From NCBI GenBank assembly GCA_040752415.1, contig JBFMGU010000234.1, positions 1 through 16,684 on the forward strand: a stretch of DNA of 16,684 bases, in the 5' to 3' direction. Origin of the DNA: Myxococcota bacterium (GTDB lineage: Bacteria > Myxococcota > JACRCW01). Under the pieces are notes generated by a model that was given only the letters and a program-made list of their open reading frames with translations, was not told the origin of the DNA and made no database searches. The translations under genes were made by a program, and so were the position numbers. Below, piece after piece: positions 14,699-16,684 of the stretch (positions are counted from its first letter, which is position 1; every line of letters begins with the position of its first letter).

Positions 14699-14728
14699 AA
14701 CGTGACGTCGTGGCGCGGCCTCCGTCAA
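14699..14728 (-). promoter_or_regulatory. Candidate sigma70-type promoter, leaderless spacing
   Basis: TTGACG-N18-CACGTT-N6-ATG(14692). No SD before the ATG. Confidence 0.4.
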
Positions 14729-14759
14729 GCTGGCATGATGCGCGCGCGGAGAGGTGCTC

Positions 14760-15806
14760 ATGACCGGACGGCTGCTGGTGTTGGTGGTGCTGGCGTGTGG
14801 AGCGTGTGGAACCGGCACGAGCACCTCCGCCGACGCGGGAGAGACGTTGGTGCTCAATGGCTCGTCCAGCGGCTCGTCGACCTCGGGCAGCGGCGGCGGC
14901 ACGTCATCCACGTCGTCCACGTCGTCGGGTGGTGGCTCCTCGGGGGGCGCACTGGACGTGGCCATAGCCCGCCGCGCGTACCTGGGCGCCACCGCCGCGT
15001 ACGAGATTCCCGTGACGGCGAGCGTGCTCGTGGTGGAGGCGGTGTACACGGCGAGCTACCTGGGCGCGAACGGTCAATCCCTGGTCACCACCGGGACGCT
15101 GACGCAGTCGGGGAATGGCCAGGTCACCTACTCCGCCACGCCGGGCGACAAGCTGCGCGTGGAGTACAACAACAACGTCACCGTCGAGTACACGATCAAC
15201 GAGATCAACGGGAACTTCACGCTGGATTCCAACGCCTTCTTCACCGAGGACTACACGCTGCGCTTCCGCTACGCGAACGCCGCGCTGGCCGACGTGGACG
15301 TGGTGGGCACCCGTACCGGCGGCAACCAGCAGGGCAGCGTGGCGGGGACGATGATCCTGGAGAACGTGACCTACCAGGCCAACTGCACGCGCCAGGGCAC
15401 GGTGAGCTCCCAGGTGGGCAGCGGATTCACGCGCATCGACAGCGCCGACACGCTCTCCGGTACCATCACCACCGACGGATTCTCCCTGACGGTGAACGAG
15501 CAGGTGGTGACCGGCTATCAGCTCAGCAACGGCCAGACCGCCAACGACATCTCCCGCACCATCAACAACACCTGGACCAACCAGGGCGTGGCCTACGCGC
15601 TGAATGGCGCCGTCATCCGGAAGAGCTTCGTCGACGGCGTGGCGGCGCAGCTGGATTCCTCCTGGCGCGCGGAGGGTCCGCTCACGCGAGGTGGCACGCA
15701 GATTGGCGGGCTGGGCTGGGGTCAGGACGCGGTGCAGGCGCGCATCTGGATCGACGTGGGCAGCGAGCGGACCGTGCTCGAGTCGCATCCCGTGCCGCAG
15801 CAGTGA
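14760..15806 (+). CDS. Hypothetical beta-rich lipoprotein with a Ser/Gly linker
   Basis: RBS GGAGAGG-N5-ATG; MTGRLLVLVVLACGACG lipobox-like signal; S/G/T low-complexity linker; T/N/G/V/Y-rich body; G/C-biased third codon positions. Confidence 0.8.
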   Translation: MTGRLLVLVVLACGACGTGTSTSADAGETLVLNGSSSGSSTSGSGGGTSSTSSTSSGGGSSGGALDVAIARRAYLGATAAYEIPVTASVLVVEAVYTASYLGANGQSLVTTGTLTQSGNGQVTYSATPGDKLRVEYNNNVTVEYTINEINGNFTLDSNAFFTEDYTLRFRYANAALADVDVVGTRTGGNQQGSVAGTMILENVTYQANCTRQGTVSSQVGSGFTRIDSADTLSGTITTDGFSLTVNEQVVTGYQLSNGQTANDISRTINNTWTNQGVAYALNGAVIRKSFVDGVAAQLDSSWRAEGPLTRGGTQIGGLGWGQDAVQARIWIDVGSERTVLESHPVPQQ

Positions 15807-15836
15807 GCGCCCGCATCCCGTCGCAACGCTGATGCG

Positions 15837-16196
15837 TCATTTGCCCGGAGAGTACGTGGCAATGGGGCGGATCTCCGTGGAACCGCCACGCGTGGACGGG
15901 AGCCGCGCGGCGATGTCGATGGCTTCGTCGAGCGTTTTCACGTCGATGAGGAAGTAGCCACCCAGGGCCTCGCGGGTTTCCGCAAAGGGTCCATCGGTGA
16001 CCATCCGCTTCCCGTTGCGCACGCGCACCGTGGTGGCGGTGCTGGTGGGCTGCAGGCCGTGGGTGTCCAGGAGCTGGCCGTTCTTCTCCAATTCCGACGT
16101 CAACGCCGAAACCTCCTCCATGAACTTCTTCATCTCGGCGGGGGTGATGCGGGAGGCGTCGCGCTCCTCGAAGTAGGTCATCAAGAGGTACTTCAT
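15837..16196 (-). CDS. YciI family (DGPF/DGPFAETKE) protein
   Basis: MKYLLM, LQPTSTATTVRVR, TDGPFAETREALGGYFLIDV..LDEAIDIAA..P....G..EIRP. RBS AAGGAGA and an ATGA overlap with the upstream gene. Confidence 0.93.
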   Translation of the reverse strand: MKYLLMTYFEERDASRITPAEMKKFMEEVSALTSELEKNGQLLDTHGLQPTSTATTVRVRNGKRMVTDGPFAETREALGGYFLIDVKTLDEAIDIAARLPSTRGGSTEIRPIATYSPGK

Positions 16197-16684
16197 GGTT
16201 TCTCCTTGGGATTCATCGTTGTCACCGTGGCTTCCCGGGACCGGCGCGCAGCATCCAGGAAGTCCGCGAGCCTCTTCTCATACGCACCATGGTCGACATC
16301 CCAGATGGAACCGTGGTTGCCATCCTCCGCCAACCACACCGTCTTCGGACCCGGGTAGAGCTGGGCGAGCTCCTGGGTCTGTTGATAGGGAACGACGTTG
16401 TCGTGCTTGCTGTGGATGAAGAAGACCGGGGTTGTGTTGCACAGACGCAGGGAGCTCGCCGGGCTGAGCAGTCCGTCGAATGCGCCGCGTTGCATGGTGA
16501 TTCCAAGGAGCAGCTCATTGAACCACCGAGGCACACCCTCCGGCGCCGCGGGTGATTCCGTGATGAGCCGCTGGAAGCTGAACATGGGATTCTCCGCAAT
16601 CACCCCGGCGAGCCGAGGCATTCCCGGCAGCGCGATCAAGATGGACGCCGCGCCCACGGAGCTGCCCATGGCGTACACCTGCTT
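16193..16684 (-). CDS. Alpha/beta hydrolase, 3' part (5' end outside the window)
   Basis: The frame is open to the right edge (KQVYAMGSSVGAA, a GxSxG elbow), followed by IAENP, FFIHSKHDNVVP (Asp) and GNHG (His). Confidence 0.8.
   Translation of the reverse strand, partial: KQVYAMGSSVGAASILIALPGMPRLAGVIAENPMFSFQRLITESPAAPEGVPRWFNELLLGITMQRGAFDGLLSPASSLRLCNTTPVFFIHSKHDNVVPYQQTQELAQLYPGPKTVWLAEDGNHGSIWDVDHGAYEKRLADFLDAARRSREATVTTMNPKEKP

Noticed and set aside
14731..14745. TGGCATGATGCGCGC as a sigma54 promoter for the lipoprotein
   Set aside because: The spacing fits GG-N10-GC, but the start would fall about 3 nt before the ATG and exclude the good RBS. An extended -10 (TGgCATGAT) explains it equally well, so it is left uncalled.
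13493..15832. 779-aa plus-strand ORF and the 119-aa N-terminal extension of the SDR
   Set aside because: The long ORF is antisense to the lipase and SDR and out of frame with the lipoprotein, with Arg/Gly-rich junk composition. The SDR extension is the antisense of the lipoprotein's Ser/Gly linker.
15807..15836. CGCATC/GATGCG hairpin between convergent genes as a terminator
   Set aside because: The stem is short and interrupted with no U-tract on either strand, so support is insufficient.

Overview
GC-rich bacterial DNA whose gene content suggests a myxobacterium or a related Deltaproteobacterium (an inference; no taxonomic marker is present). Left part (197-5367): an oxygen-sensing multi-component signalling locus. 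A globin-coupled histidine kinase, a dual-receiver protein and a REC-PAS hybrid kinase lie on the minus strand, divergent from an NtrC-type sigma54 activator. The composition matches the Anaeromyxobacter AfGcHK and Myxococcus NmpRSTU systems. The intergenic region holds back-to-back -24/-12 promoter candidates and two CGCA-N5-TGCG palindromes. At 5368-5766 there is a gene-free interval with a terminator, a perfect AT-rich 17-bp palindrome and a ~137-bp heptamer-repeat palindromic element. Middle: a secreted DUF4920-like protein, a HAD-IIB hydrolase, and a minus-strand run of larB, larC, a pseudo-REC/GAF/PAS/PAS/HisKA protein lacking an ATPase domain, and a LolA-like protein. Right: a small ORF plus minimal nucleotidyltransferase pair that resembles a toxin-antitoxin module (MenAT1-like), a lipase-like lipoprotein, an SDR, an unknown beta-rich lipoprotein, a YciI/DGPF protein and a partial alpha/beta hydrolase. 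Four genes appear to be leaderless. No rRNA, tRNA, CRISPR array or transposase was seen. Family assignments come from motif recognition and recall, not from database searches.
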